Counted from the stretch's first letter, positions 47,197-55,539 are shown. The stretch is DNA of 64,000 bases from an uncultured archaeon (GCA_964410585.1 CAYPFW010000004.1:1-64000), one strand, 5' to 3'. The notes: generated by a model not told the origin, from the sequence alone. Made by a program: numbers and translations.

Positions 47197-47424
47197 TTAA
47201 CATATTCTTGTCGTCCTTTGTGCGATTTTTCTCATTTCATCCTCGTATTGTGGGAAGCTTGTTATAACTCTACCAACTGCTTCTATTTGTTTTCTTAGCG
47301 AAGGGTGATCGGATGGAAGAGCATCATGCAATCTTTTTTGCAAGCTTGCCTGAATTCCTCTAAGTCTATAAAATCTTTCGTTGCTATATTCCCATTTTGT
47401 ATCTTCTCCTCTGTAATCTGCCAT
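47197..47424 (-). CDS. Small helical hypothetical protein, paralog array member
   Basis: MADYRGE...YSNERFYRL...EAVGR.I..FP. Confidence 0.75.
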   Translation of the reverse strand: MADYRGEDTKWEYSNERFYRLRGIQASLQKRLHDALPSDHPSLRKQIEAVGRVITSFPQYEDEMRKIAQRTTRIC

Positions 47425-47426
47425 AA

Positions 47427-47645
47427 TTAACCTCTCCTTGCAGCTGCTCTTGCAAAATTCCTATATAGATCTCCTCTGTTTGGAAATTCATCTATCTGTC
47501 TACCCACAGCTTCTAGCGATCGTCTTATTTGATCGTTAGGAGCAGCATCTAGCTCTTGTTGCAAACCAAATCTTAATTCCAAAAGCCTGTTAAATCTGTC
47601 TTGACCATATCTTGCTTCTTGGTTTTGTCCTCTGTAATCTGTCAT
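47427..47645 (-). CDS. Small helical hypothetical protein, paralog array member
   Basis: MTDYRGQ...YGQDRFNRL...EAVGR.I..FP; SD AGGTGA. Confidence 0.75.
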   Translation of the reverse strand: MTDYRGQNQEARYGQDRFNRLLELRFGLQQELDAAPNDQIRRSLEAVGRQIDEFPNRGDLYRNFARAAARRG

Positions 47646-47743
47646 AGTTTTGTCACCTGATAATAGTGAATTTGTGTATTTATAAAGGTTTTGGTATTTG
47701 TATAACACTGTTATATATAATTTACAATAATTCAAATACACTC

Positions 47744-47932
47744 TCAATATCTTTCAGCCATCTCTAAAAAGTGTTCTGGTGATGTAAGTGCATATCTTGC
47801 TAATTTTGCATCAACCAGGTTATGTAGTTGCCTTACTGATCTTATTCCAGTAAGCGAACCGCTTTCTAACCTTTCGTGTGTAGATCTCCAAACTCTTCTC
47901 ATTGTATCGAATTGATCTTGTGTATATTCCAT
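47744..47932 (-). CDS. Small hypothetical protein, possible divergent array member
   Basis: MEYTQDQFDTM...; own TATA-like TATTTAAA upstream. Confidence 0.55.
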   Translation of the reverse strand: MEYTQDQFDTMRRVWRSTHERLESGSLTGIRSVRQLHNLVDAKLARYALTSPEHFLEMAERY

Positions 47933-48064
47933 AATGATACCCTACATTATAGTATCAGAAGTTTAAATACTTAACTCTTTTTCGAGCAAAATGACAAAAA
48001 CACAGAAAAAATGGACAACAATTTATCTAAAAGTAAAAATAAAATAAAAAAAGAGAAGAAGAAC

Positions 48065-48343
48065 CTATTTTTTTGCCTTTTTCTTAGCAGGTTTCTTTTC
48101 TGTTTCTTCTTCTTTTTCAGGCTCTTCAAGCTCTTTTGAAGATTTTAGTTCATCAGCTTGTAGCCAGACTAAAAAGACTCCGATCAAAATCAAGAACGCA
48201 GGAATCATCCCTGTTAGGACAGTTACCAAAGATTGAACCCAATACCATTGTACTCCCCAAGGTTGAAGTTGAGGCACAAAGAAAAGACCCAATCCTACGA
48301 CAACTAATATGATTCCTAGAACAATACCAGCTGCTGGATGCAT
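48065..48343 (-). CDS. Small two-TM membrane protein with charged tail
   Basis: Two hydrophobic helices, IG.FLVWL..DELK; SD AGGAG. Confidence 0.75.
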   Translation of the reverse strand: MHPAAGIVLGIILVVVGLGLFFVPQLQPWGVQWYWVQSLVTVLTGMIPAFLILIGVFLVWLQADELKSSKELEEPEKEEETEKKPAKKKAKK

Positions 48344-48474
48344 ATTTTTGTCTCCTATCTCATTAAATGAGAATAATATTATTAGTTGCAACTTATTTAA
48401 ATAAGAGTGGATTTTCAAATGTCACTGTCTTGCAAGCTATTTAAATAATCTTCCACTAAAGTTATATTCAATTT

Positions 48475-49044
48475 ATGAAACACTTTGAAGAGGCTTGGAG
48501 AAATCCATCTGAAGAGCAACAGGCAATATACAAAGACAGAGTAAACTCTTGGAAAAGAGGAGAAGGATTTGTGAAAATAGAAAAGCCAACAAGATTAGAG
48601 AGAGCACATGCACTTGGATACAAAGCAAAGCAAGGATTTGTTGTTGTCAGAGCTCGAGTCCCAAAAGGAGATAGAAAAAGACCTAAAGTAGCAGGCGGTA
48701 GAGTTCCAAGTAAAGCAGGTAGATTTTTCTCAACATCAAAATCAAAGCAAAGGATTGCAGAAGAAAGAACAGCAAGAAAATACACAAACTTAGAAGTCTT
48801 GAATTCTTATTGGGTTGCTGAGGACGGAAATTTCGCATGGTATGAAGTCATCCTTGTTGATAAATATCATCCAGCAATCAAAGCAGACCACAAACTAAAT
48901 TGGATTTGCAATCCACAACACACAGGCCGTGTATTTAGAGGAAAAACATCTGCAGGCAGAAGAGGTAGAGGTCTACATAAAAAGGGTAGAGGTACAGAAA
49001 AAATAAGACCTTCTCTGAGAGCACATAAAAGATTAGGTAAATAA
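48475..49044 (+). CDS. rpl15e: 50S ribosomal protein L15e (eL15)
   Basis: PTRLERAHALGYKAKQG, LEVLNSYWV, RVFRGKTSAG. Confidence 0.96.
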   Translation: MKHFEEAWRNPSEEQQAIYKDRVNSWKRGEGFVKIEKPTRLERAHALGYKAKQGFVVVRARVPKGDRKRPKVAGGRVPSKAGRFFSTSKSKQRIAEERTARKYTNLEVLNSYWVAEDGNFAWYEVILVDKYHPAIKADHKLNWICNPQHTGRVFRGKTSAGRRGRGLHKKGRGTEKIRPSLRAHKRLGK

Positions 49045-49068
49045 AAGCATCTTTTTCTAAATATTCTC

Positions 49069-49541
49069 ATGACAGATGTTAGAATAAGAGAAGCTAATCA
49101 AAAAGATTTCAAAACAATTCAAGAATTAAATCAGCTTCTTTTCCATTCAGACTTTGAATTTGATAAAACCCTGAAACTTGATTGGCCAAAATCTAAAATA
49201 GGAATCCAATACTACAAAAAGCGATTAAAGTCAAAAGATTCCTGCGTTTTTGTTGCAGTTGTTTTTGGCCAAACAGTTGGCTATCTTATTGGAAACATAT
49301 CAGAACTGTCTCGTACAAAAACATCGAAAAGATAGGAGAGTTGGAAAACATGTTTGTTTTGGAAAAATATAGAAGCTTGGGAATCGGTTCCAAACTCGTT
49401 GCTGCTTTTTTCGATTGGTGCAAAACCAAGAAAATTACAAGGATTAGGACAGAAGCTTCTTTTGAAAACAAAAAAGCAATAGATTTCTACAAATCCAATG
49501 GATTCAATGAATATAGCCTAGTTCTAGAGGGGAATATTTAG
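49069..49541 (+). pseudogene. GNAT acetyltransferase split by a 1-nt frameshift near 49304-49307
   Basis: The two ORFs join as ...ISETVSYKNIEKIGELENMFV..YRSLGIG if one A is restored; resembles 53794..54258. Confidence 0.75.
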
Positions 49542-49616
49542 CCTGTAATCAATTTTAGTAAAATTCCTATCTCTGCGTAAATTTAAATCTAACTGTCCCA
49601 AATATGGTATAGGGTT

Positions 49617-50261
49617 ATGAAATATAAAATGGTTGCTTTTGGTTTGGGTACATTGGTTAATTTTGGCAGCACAACAAATGCTTGGGATTTTGTAAGGTCT
49701 AAATATAGCCTGCCAAACTTTTGGCAAGAATATTTGAACAGGAAAATCAGCAGACAAGAAGCAAAGCTTCAAGAATACAAAGCTTGGAAAGAAAACGGAG
49801 TCAAAAAAGACAAGCTGTTGATGGAATTTAAGAAAAACACAAAATTCGTTGATGGTGTCAGGGAAGCTTTCACTGCAATTAAATCAAAAGGCTCTGTTCC
49901 TGTTATACTTTCTGATTCACCTTTAATTGTTGTTGACGATGTTGCTGTAATTGTTGGCGCAAAATACACATCAGGCAACAAAATATTTTTCGACAAAGAT
50001 GGATATGCTTATGACACTGTTCCAACTCATCCAGGACCAGATGGAAGGGTTTCTAAACACTTGGCTTTGAAAGATTTCGCTGAAAAAGAGGAAATAAAAT
50101 TGAACCAAATAGCAATTGTAACAAGCAATCCAGAAGATATATCTTTGTTCAGACTTTTGGGATTTTCAATTGCTTTTAATCCTCAGTCACCTGATTTGAA
50201 AAGATCTGCAAACATCACTGTTCATTCAAAAGACCTTTCTGAAGTTGTGGACTACTTATAA
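49617..50261 (+). CDS. HAD/SerB-like protein with degenerate catalytic motifs
   Basis: SerB-like layout (ILS, SK, D..LF..GFSIAFNP, ANITV..KDL); motif I reads FGLGTL. Confidence 0.7.
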   Translation: MKYKMVAFGLGTLVNFGSTTNAWDFVRSKYSLPNFWQEYLNRKISRQEAKLQEYKAWKENGVKKDKLLMEFKKNTKFVDGVREAFTAIKSKGSVPVILSDSPLIVVDDVAVIVGAKYTSGNKIFFDKDGYAYDTVPTHPGPDGRVSKHLALKDFAEKEEIKLNQIAIVTSNPEDISLFRLLGFSIAFNPQSPDLKRSANITVHSKDLSEVVDYL

Positions 50262-50295
50262 AATATTTTTAAACTAAACCACATTTTATTCTATC

Positions 50296-50407
50296 GGGTC
50301 TATAGTCTAGTGGCTAGGACGTGACCTTCACAGCATCTTTTTAAAAAAGCTAAACCAAAAAAGGCGTGAGATTGGTTGAGATCCAGGTTCAATTCCTGGT
50401 AGACCCA
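50296..50407 (+). tRNA. tRNA-Val(CAC) with 40-nt canonical intron (50333-50372)
   Basis: GGGTCTA/TAGACCC-A; TTCA/TGAG BHB helix; mature 72 nt. Confidence 0.93.
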
Positions 50408-50446
50408 TGAAACAATTTAAAGCATCGTATATATTCTAATACAAGT

Positions 50447-50642
50447 GGGCCTATAGTCTAGTGGCAGGACACTCGCTTGACGGCACCTTTTCAGTGGATT
50501 TAGTTCACTAAAATGTCAGAATGCGAGGGGTTTTGGTTCAATTGCTACTCTTTCTTTAGAAAAGAAAGGATACCGTCCAGAAAGAAACTATTATACAAAC
50601 ACGGTTGGTTCAAAAACCAAGCGGAAAATCCGAATAGGCCCA
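50447..50642 (+). tRNA. tRNA-Val(GAC) with a 39-nt canonical intron (50483-50521) and an 86-nt T-loop intron (59/60, 50543-50628)
   Basis: GGGCCTA/TAGGCCC-A; CTCGC-TTGACG|T-GCGAG; BHB-like junctions. Confidence 0.9.
50544..50605 (+). repeat. Module-B repeat forming the 5' part of the tRNA-Val(GAC) T-loop intron
   Basis: 50543-50600 is 51/58 identical, ungapped, to 51159-51216. Confidence 0.9.
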
Positions 50643-50657
50643 TTTCCTAATACTGAT

Positions 50658-50942
50658 ATGAGTTTCGAAGACGAAGTTAGAAAGGCGAGTTTTAAGGGAA
50701 TAATAACAGGTGCAATAATATCAGCTTTCGGTTTTTTGGTTGCCTTGCAATGGAACACTGCTCTGATCGAAACCATTAACACTCTTTTTCCACAAAATGA
50801 TAGTCTCTTTTACAAATATCTTCTAGCTATAGCTATAACAATAATAGCATCAATTGGTGCATATATTTTAGTAAGATTACAGAAGAGAACCCTAATCAAC
50901 ATAAAAACTCTCTCTAAACATTTAAAAGACTCAAAAATCTAA
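50658..50942 (+). CDS. Small membrane protein (DUF5654-like)
   Basis: SAFGFLVALQWNTAL motif, two TM helices. Confidence 0.75.
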   Translation: MSFEDEVRKASFKGIITGAIISAFGFLVALQWNTALIETINTLFPQNDSLFYKYLLAIAITIIASIGAYILVRLQKRTLINIKTLSKHLKDSKI

Positions 50943-50956
50943 TTCTAATGATCAGT

Positions 50957-51036
50957 GGAAGGCGTAAAAAATTGCAAGCAACAGCGCAGCAGTTTTTAGC
51001 CTCCTGTTTTGATTGACCTTTTAGGATAAAAGGTCA
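50957..51036. repeat. Module-A two-hairpin repeat abutting the tRNA-Glu(TTC) 5' end
   Basis: GGAAGGCGTAAAAAATTGCAAGCAACAGCGCAGCAGTTTTTAGCCTCC then TGTTTTGAT-TGACCTTTTAGGATAAAAGGTCA. Confidence 0.88.
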
Positions 51037-51037
51037 T

Positions 51038-51307
51038 GCTCCTGTCGTCTAGTCCGGTCCAAGATTTGTGAAAATCGACGATGGATATTGGGTTTTCAAG
51101 CTCTCTTGAAAAATGCTAGGCAGAAATGCCAATGAGCGAAATTCCCCAACGACCCGGGTGCTATCCTTTCTTTAGAAAAGAAAGGATACCGTACCCAAAG
51201 AAACTACTATACATACAAAATATGTATACCGTTTCTCTTTTGGCACGGTAGGTTTTCTCTTTTTGAAAGAGAAAAGCTAGCCGGGAATTCAAATCCCGGC
51301 GGGAGCA
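51038..51307 (+). tRNA. tRNA-Glu(TTC) with three introns (D-loop 51062-51082, canonical 51099-51143, 53/54 51159-51287)
   Basis: After removing the introns it is a 75-nt tRNA whose acceptor, D and T arms match tRNA-Glu(CTC) at 10735; BHB at each junction. Confidence 0.93.
51160..51281. repeat. Inverted dimer of module B (MITE-like) filling the tRNA-Glu T-arm intron
   Basis: GCTA...TAGC termini; two hairpin + ACCGT..CCAAA.GAAAC..TATACATA arms in opposite orientation. Confidence 0.88.
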
Positions 51308-51360
51308 TTTTTTTTCTTTTAATCAATATAAATAGCACATATCCATTATTTCTAATACTT

Positions 51361-51457
51361 GCGGAGATACCCAAGTGGCCAAACTTTGGGGCTTGAGGGG
51401 CTGGCCTTAGGAGCCAGTGGCTTAGTGCCTTCGTAGGTTCAAATCCTACTCTCCGCA
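51361..51457 (+). tRNA. tRNA-Leu(TAG) with 13-nt D-loop intron (~51383-51395)
   Basis: GCGGAGA/TCTCCGC-A; CTGGC-CTTAGGA-GCCAG; GGCC/GGCT BHB helix. Confidence 0.9.
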
Positions 51458-51486
51458 TCCACAAGTTTTTAGAAAAAAGGTCAAAT

Positions 51487-52539
51487 ATGAAAGCATACAT
51501 CTCAACCTGTATCTTAGGCGTCTTAGCCTTTGATGAAAAAGGAAGTTTGATTAGCTATAAGCTTTTTGAAAAAAATCCAGAACAAATAGCAAAAAAACTG
51601 GCTTCAGAATCTGCAGAAGAAAAGGAAGTTGCTGAAAACCTAAAAAACCTTGGATACACAGATCTTGTTTCAGACAGGAAAATAGAAATAAGCGGAGTGA
51701 ATTTTGTTGTTCAAAAAGATAATTTAGCTTCTAAATTAACAAGGGAAAAGTTAAGGGATTTCTCAAAAGACCTGGATTTTGCAGACAATATGGAACTCAA
51801 CAAGCTTTTGAGTCAAGTGAACACAAACCTAACAAAAGAGAAGATAAAAAAGCAAAAGAAAGACAAGATTTTAGTTCAGGCAGTTGGCGTAGTTGGTGAA
51901 ATCGACAAAACTTTGAATGTTTTTTCTGAAAGGCTTATAGAATGGTATGGTCTTCATTTCCCTGAATTACAAAGAACACTAAACTCAAATGAAAAATATT
52001 CTGAATTTGTTTCTTCTTTTGGCGAAAAAGAAAATGCAGCAGATGAGAGGTTGAAAAAATTAGCTGAGAAATCTTCTGGAATGGATTTTTCCAAAAAAGA
52101 TATAGAGAATATAAAAATATTTTCAGATGAAATAAATAGGCTTTTCAAAACAAGAGAACAGGTATCAAAATATGTCGAAAACCTATGCTCTGAAATCCTT
52201 CCGAACACAGCTGCTGTTGCAGGGCCTTTGCTTGCTGCTAGACTGATCCAACTATCAGGAGGATTGGAAAAATTGTCTCGTATGCCCTCTTCTACAATAC
52301 AATTGATAGGCGCAGAAAAAGCTTTATTTAGACACTTGAAAGGACAGGGCAAATCACCAAAGTTCGGCGTGATTTACTTCCATCCTCTAATTCAACAAGC
52401 ACCAAACGAAAAAAGAGGAAAGATCGCAAGATTGATCGCAGCTAAGCTAAGCTTGGCCTCTCGTTTAGATGCATATTCTGAGAAAAACGAAGGCGAAAGA
52501 ATGAAAAAAGAACTAGAAGAAGAAGTCAGGAGAGTTTAG
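51487..52539 (+). CDS. nop5: Box C/D RNP protein Nop5 (Nop56/58)
   Basis: EWYGLHFPEL, PSSTIQLIGAEKALFRHL, SPKFGVIY, RGKIAR. Confidence 0.95.
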   Translation: MKAYISTCILGVLAFDEKGSLISYKLFEKNPEQIAKKLASESAEEKEVAENLKNLGYTDLVSDRKIEISGVNFVVQKDNLASKLTREKLRDFSKDLDFADNMELNKLLSQVNTNLTKEKIKKQKKDKILVQAVGVVGEIDKTLNVFSERLIEWYGLHFPELQRTLNSNEKYSEFVSSFGEKENAADERLKKLAEKSSGMDFSKKDIENIKIFSDEINRLFKTREQVSKYVENLCSEILPNTAAVAGPLLAARLIQLSGGLEKLSRMPSSTIQLIGAEKALFRHLKGQGKSPKFGVIYFHPLIQQAPNEKRGKIARLIAAKLSLASRLDAYSEKNEGERMKKELEEEVRRV

Positions 52540-53087
52540 GATTTGAACAGTTTTTTCTTAAAATCATCTAATTTGTTTTCGAACTTCATCCTAAAAATCT
52601 CGTTTGCAAGCTCTTTTCCCCTAAACTTTGGTGAATCTACAATTTCCAAAAATTTTTCAAATGTTACAAGTTTTGTCTTGATCTTTTCACCTGAATCAAG
52701 CTTTGGTTCCCCTACTTTTTTACAATTCCTTGCAACGAAAAGATGTATTGTCCAATCGAGTTTGTAGAAACCTGTATATTGAGAAATCAGTTCCCAATCA
52801 TTTGATTCAAATCCAGATTCCTCTAAAAGCTCTCTTTTAGCTGCTTTTAGAACAGGTTCGTTTTTTTCAAGCCTCCCACCAAAAACACTATAAAAAGTCC
52901 CTGAACCCGGTTGCTCCTGTTCACAAACTAATATTTTTTCCCCAACTACTGGAATAATTGATGCATTGTCTTGTCTCTTCAAACACTCAAAGGTCTCATA
53001 AGAACCGTCAAACATTTTTTGTTTCCATTGGTAGACATCGAAAACTATTCCTTTGAAAACTAGCTTTGCTTCTTTGGGTATTTTCAT
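52536..53087 (-). CDS. NUDIX hydrolase (ADP-ribose pyrophosphatase-like)
   Basis: GGRLEKNEPVLKAAKRELLEESG, LDSGEKI. Confidence 0.88.
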   Translation of the reverse strand: MKIPKEAKLVFKGIVFDVYQWKQKMFDGSYETFECLKRQDNASIIPVVGEKILVCEQEQPGSGTFYSVFGGRLEKNEPVLKAAKRELLEESGFESNDWELISQYTGFYKLDWTIHLFVARNCKKVGEPKLDSGEKIKTKLVTFEKFLEIVDSPKFRGKELANEIFRMKFENKLDDFKKKLFKS

Positions 53088-53126
53088 ATGTTTATACATT
53101 TATAGCGTTGTTGGTTATATTGTTAT

Positions 53127-53789
53127 ATGGTTTTTATGGATCAAATATTCGATTGTGTTTTCAGAGAAGGAAAGAGACTTTTCACAAAAAATCTTGTTCC
53201 TGGAAAAAGAGTTTACGGTGAAGAATTGGTAAAAAAAGGAAAGGAAGAATTCCGCTCATGGGATCACACAAGGAGCAAGGCAGCTGCAGCAATTGCAAAA
53301 GGACTTCAAAACTTTCCAGTAAAAGAAGGACAGAAGGTCTTATACCTCGGCGCTTCTTCTGGAACGACAGTTTCCCACATCTCTGATATAGTTGGAAAAG
53401 AAGGCGCAGTTTATGCAGTTGAAATTTCAGAAAGGTCGATGAGGGATTTGAATTTGGTCACAGAGCATAGAGGAAACATCATACCAATACTTGCAAATGC
53501 GAAAACACCAGAAGAATATTCTTGGGTAGAACCTTGTGATATCGTGTATCAGGATGTTGCCACAGAAGATCAAACAGAAATTCTTATCCGCAACTGCGAA
53601 AAGTTTTTGAAAAAAGGCGGCTTCGCACTTTATGCCATAAAATCAAGATCAATAGACGTGACAAAAGAACCAAAGGAAATTTACAAGCAGGAAATAGAAA
53701 AACTAAAACAATTTTTTGAGGTTGTTGAAAAGAAGGAACTTGATCCATTTGAAAAAGACCATATGTTTTTGGTGTTGAAGTGGAAATGA
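53127..53789 (+). CDS. flpA: Fibrillarin-like rRNA/tRNA 2'-O-methyltransferase
   Basis: RSKAAAAI, VLYLGASSGTTVSHISD, IKSRSIDVT, LDPFEKDH. Confidence 0.95.
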   Translation: MVFMDQIFDCVFREGKRLFTKNLVPGKRVYGEELVKKGKEEFRSWDHTRSKAAAAIAKGLQNFPVKEGQKVLYLGASSGTTVSHISDIVGKEGAVYAVEISERSMRDLNLVTEHRGNIIPILANAKTPEEYSWVEPCDIVYQDVATEDQTEILIRNCEKFLKKGGFALYAIKSRSIDVTKEPKEIYKQEIEKLKQFFEVVEKKELDPFEKDHMFLVLKWK

Positions 53790-53793
53790 ATTT

Positions 53794-54258
53794 ATGAAAA
53801 TTGAAGCACTAAAACAAGAAGACATAGACGAAATTGTTAAGCTCAAAGCTTCTCTGTTCAACTACCATTTAAAAATAGACAAGTTCTACAAACCAAGAAA
53901 AGGCTTCAGGGAAATGTATAAAAATCACATGGAAACAGCCCTTCATTCTGAAACTCATAAGATTTTTGTTGCAAAAGAAAACCAAAAAATACTGGGTTTT
54001 ATAGAAGGTAGCATAACTCAGATATCAAATTTCTTTGAGAAAAATGTCTTAGGTTGTGTTTCTGAAATCTTTGTGAAAGAAGAACACAGGCAAAAAGGTG
54101 TTGCAAAAAAACTTCTAGAAAACTTGCTAAAATGGTTCAAATCAAAGAGAATAAAAACAATTGAGGTTGTTGTTGATTCTAGAAACAAAAAAGCTATAAA
54201 AGCTTGGGAATCTCTTGGATTTGTGGAATATCAGAAAAAGCTGAAGCTTGTTGTTTGA
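53794..54258 (+). CDS. GNAT family N-acetyltransferase
   Basis: IFVKEEHRQKGVA, N..AI..WESLGF. Confidence 0.88.
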   Translation: MKIEALKQEDIDEIVKLKASLFNYHLKIDKFYKPRKGFREMYKNHMETALHSETHKIFVAKENQKILGFIEGSITQISNFFEKNVLGCVSEIFVKEEHRQKGVAKKLLENLLKWFKSKRIKTIEVVVDSRNKKAIKAWESLGFVEYQKKLKLVV

Positions 54259-54481
54259 CAGAACCTTTGAACTCCAAAACCCTGAATTGATTCTCTTGCA
54301 ATCTCAATGAAATAAATTCATAAGCCCTTAACATCATTGAATTATGAAGCTTCACTTCAACTGTATAGGTGTTGTCTGGGTTGGCCATCAGTATTGTTCC
54401 CCTAGAACCTTTCAAAATAGGCCTACCTGAAGGTGATTTAACTTCTTCCAAAATTTCAACTTTATCGTATATTTTTACCAT
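54194..54481 (-). CDS. Small hypothetical protein (DUF4926-like)
   Basis: YDKVEILEEV...I.KGSRGTI...YTVE pattern. Confidence 0.6.
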   Translation of the reverse strand: MVKIYDKVEILEEVKSPSGRPILKGSRGTILMANPDNTYTVEVKLHNSMMLRAYEFISLRLQENQFRVLEFKGSVKQQASAFSDIPQIQEIPKLL

Positions 54482-54498
54482 AATATATTATGTCCTAA

Positions 54499-55536
54499 CT
54501 AATTTTTATTGATTTCGTTACTCAATCTTTTCCTAAACTTTTCTATATCTGTCACAAACCCACCAGCGGCTTTTTCATGACCCCCACCTCTACCGATTCC
54601 CTCAACACATCTTGGGATTATCTCAGACAAATTAACCTTCAATTTAGGCGACCTTATAGACAGCTTCCATCCCTCTTCGTCGTTTTTCGCAATCACAATT
54701 ACATAATTGGAGTGTCTTTCTGTGATATAATTTGAAATTATAGAAGTTATTCCATAGTTGCTTTTCACTTGGTAGAAAACAATTTTGCCGTCTATTTCTT
54801 TTTTCTTCTCAAAATCTTCCAAAACACTTGCTATTTCTACATCTATTTGTTTCCTCCATTCATTCAACCGATTGTCTTTTTCAAAGTCCTCGAATTTTCT
54901 GGATTTTTTAAAAACACTCAAAACATGTTTCAATCCATCCATTCCACTAGAAATTATCGCAGAGTAAACTGTTTTTGATGCATCACCAAGCCTTGTTTTG
55001 AATATATCTTCGCCTTTCATCAATTGAGGATAGGACTCTTTACATTTCTCAATGAACCCAGGATTTGTTTTATGTCCAAAATCAGATATTGTCCCTATTG
55101 CAGCAATCCATCTATCTTTTTCATTTTCAAATTCCAGACCTTTGAGGACATCGAAAACCATCAAGCTCGCAGGCACATATGAATCTTCTTTTTCAAAACG
55201 TGGGTTAATGTGAATAAATCCATGCTTGTTCATATCCCTTGTAATTTTGTGGTGATCTATTATGCAAAACTTTGTGTTTTTCAACATATTTTGCAGATCA
55301 ATCAGACCCTTCCACTCCTGATCAATAGATAGGTCAACAAAAACAACAGTTTCTGGTTTTTTCCTTTGCAAATAGTCTAAGAACTCAGGATATAAATGTG
55401 GATCTTTCAACGCATATGTGTCAGCATCTATATGTTTCAACATTTGAGCAGCAGAACAAGTGCCGTCAACATCCATGTGGTGGACAATAATTATTTTTTT
55501 AGATTTTAGCAAATCCTTTAAAATCAAGTAATCCAT
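54499..55536 (-). CDS. DHH/DHHA1 phosphoesterase (RecJ-like)
   Basis: HMDVDG, IDHH, INP, IGTISD, GGGHEKAAG. Confidence 0.9.
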   Translation of the reverse strand: MDYLILKDLLKSKKIIIVHHMDVDGTCSAAQMLKHIDADTYALKDPHLYPEFLDYLQRKKPETVVFVDLSIDQEWKGLIDLQNMLKNTKFCIIDHHKITRDMNKHGFIHINPRFEKEDSYVPASLMVFDVLKGLEFENEKDRWIAAIGTISDFGHKTNPGFIEKCKESYPQLMKGEDIFKTRLGDASKTVYSAIISSGMDGLKHVLSVFKKSRKFEDFEKDNRLNEWRKQIDVEIASVLEDFEKKKEIDGKIVFYQVKSNYGITSIISNYITERHSNYVIVIAKNDEEGWKLSIRSPKLKVNLSEIIPRCVEGIGRGGGHEKAAGGFVTDIEKFRKRLSNEINKN

Positions 55537-55539
55537 AAA

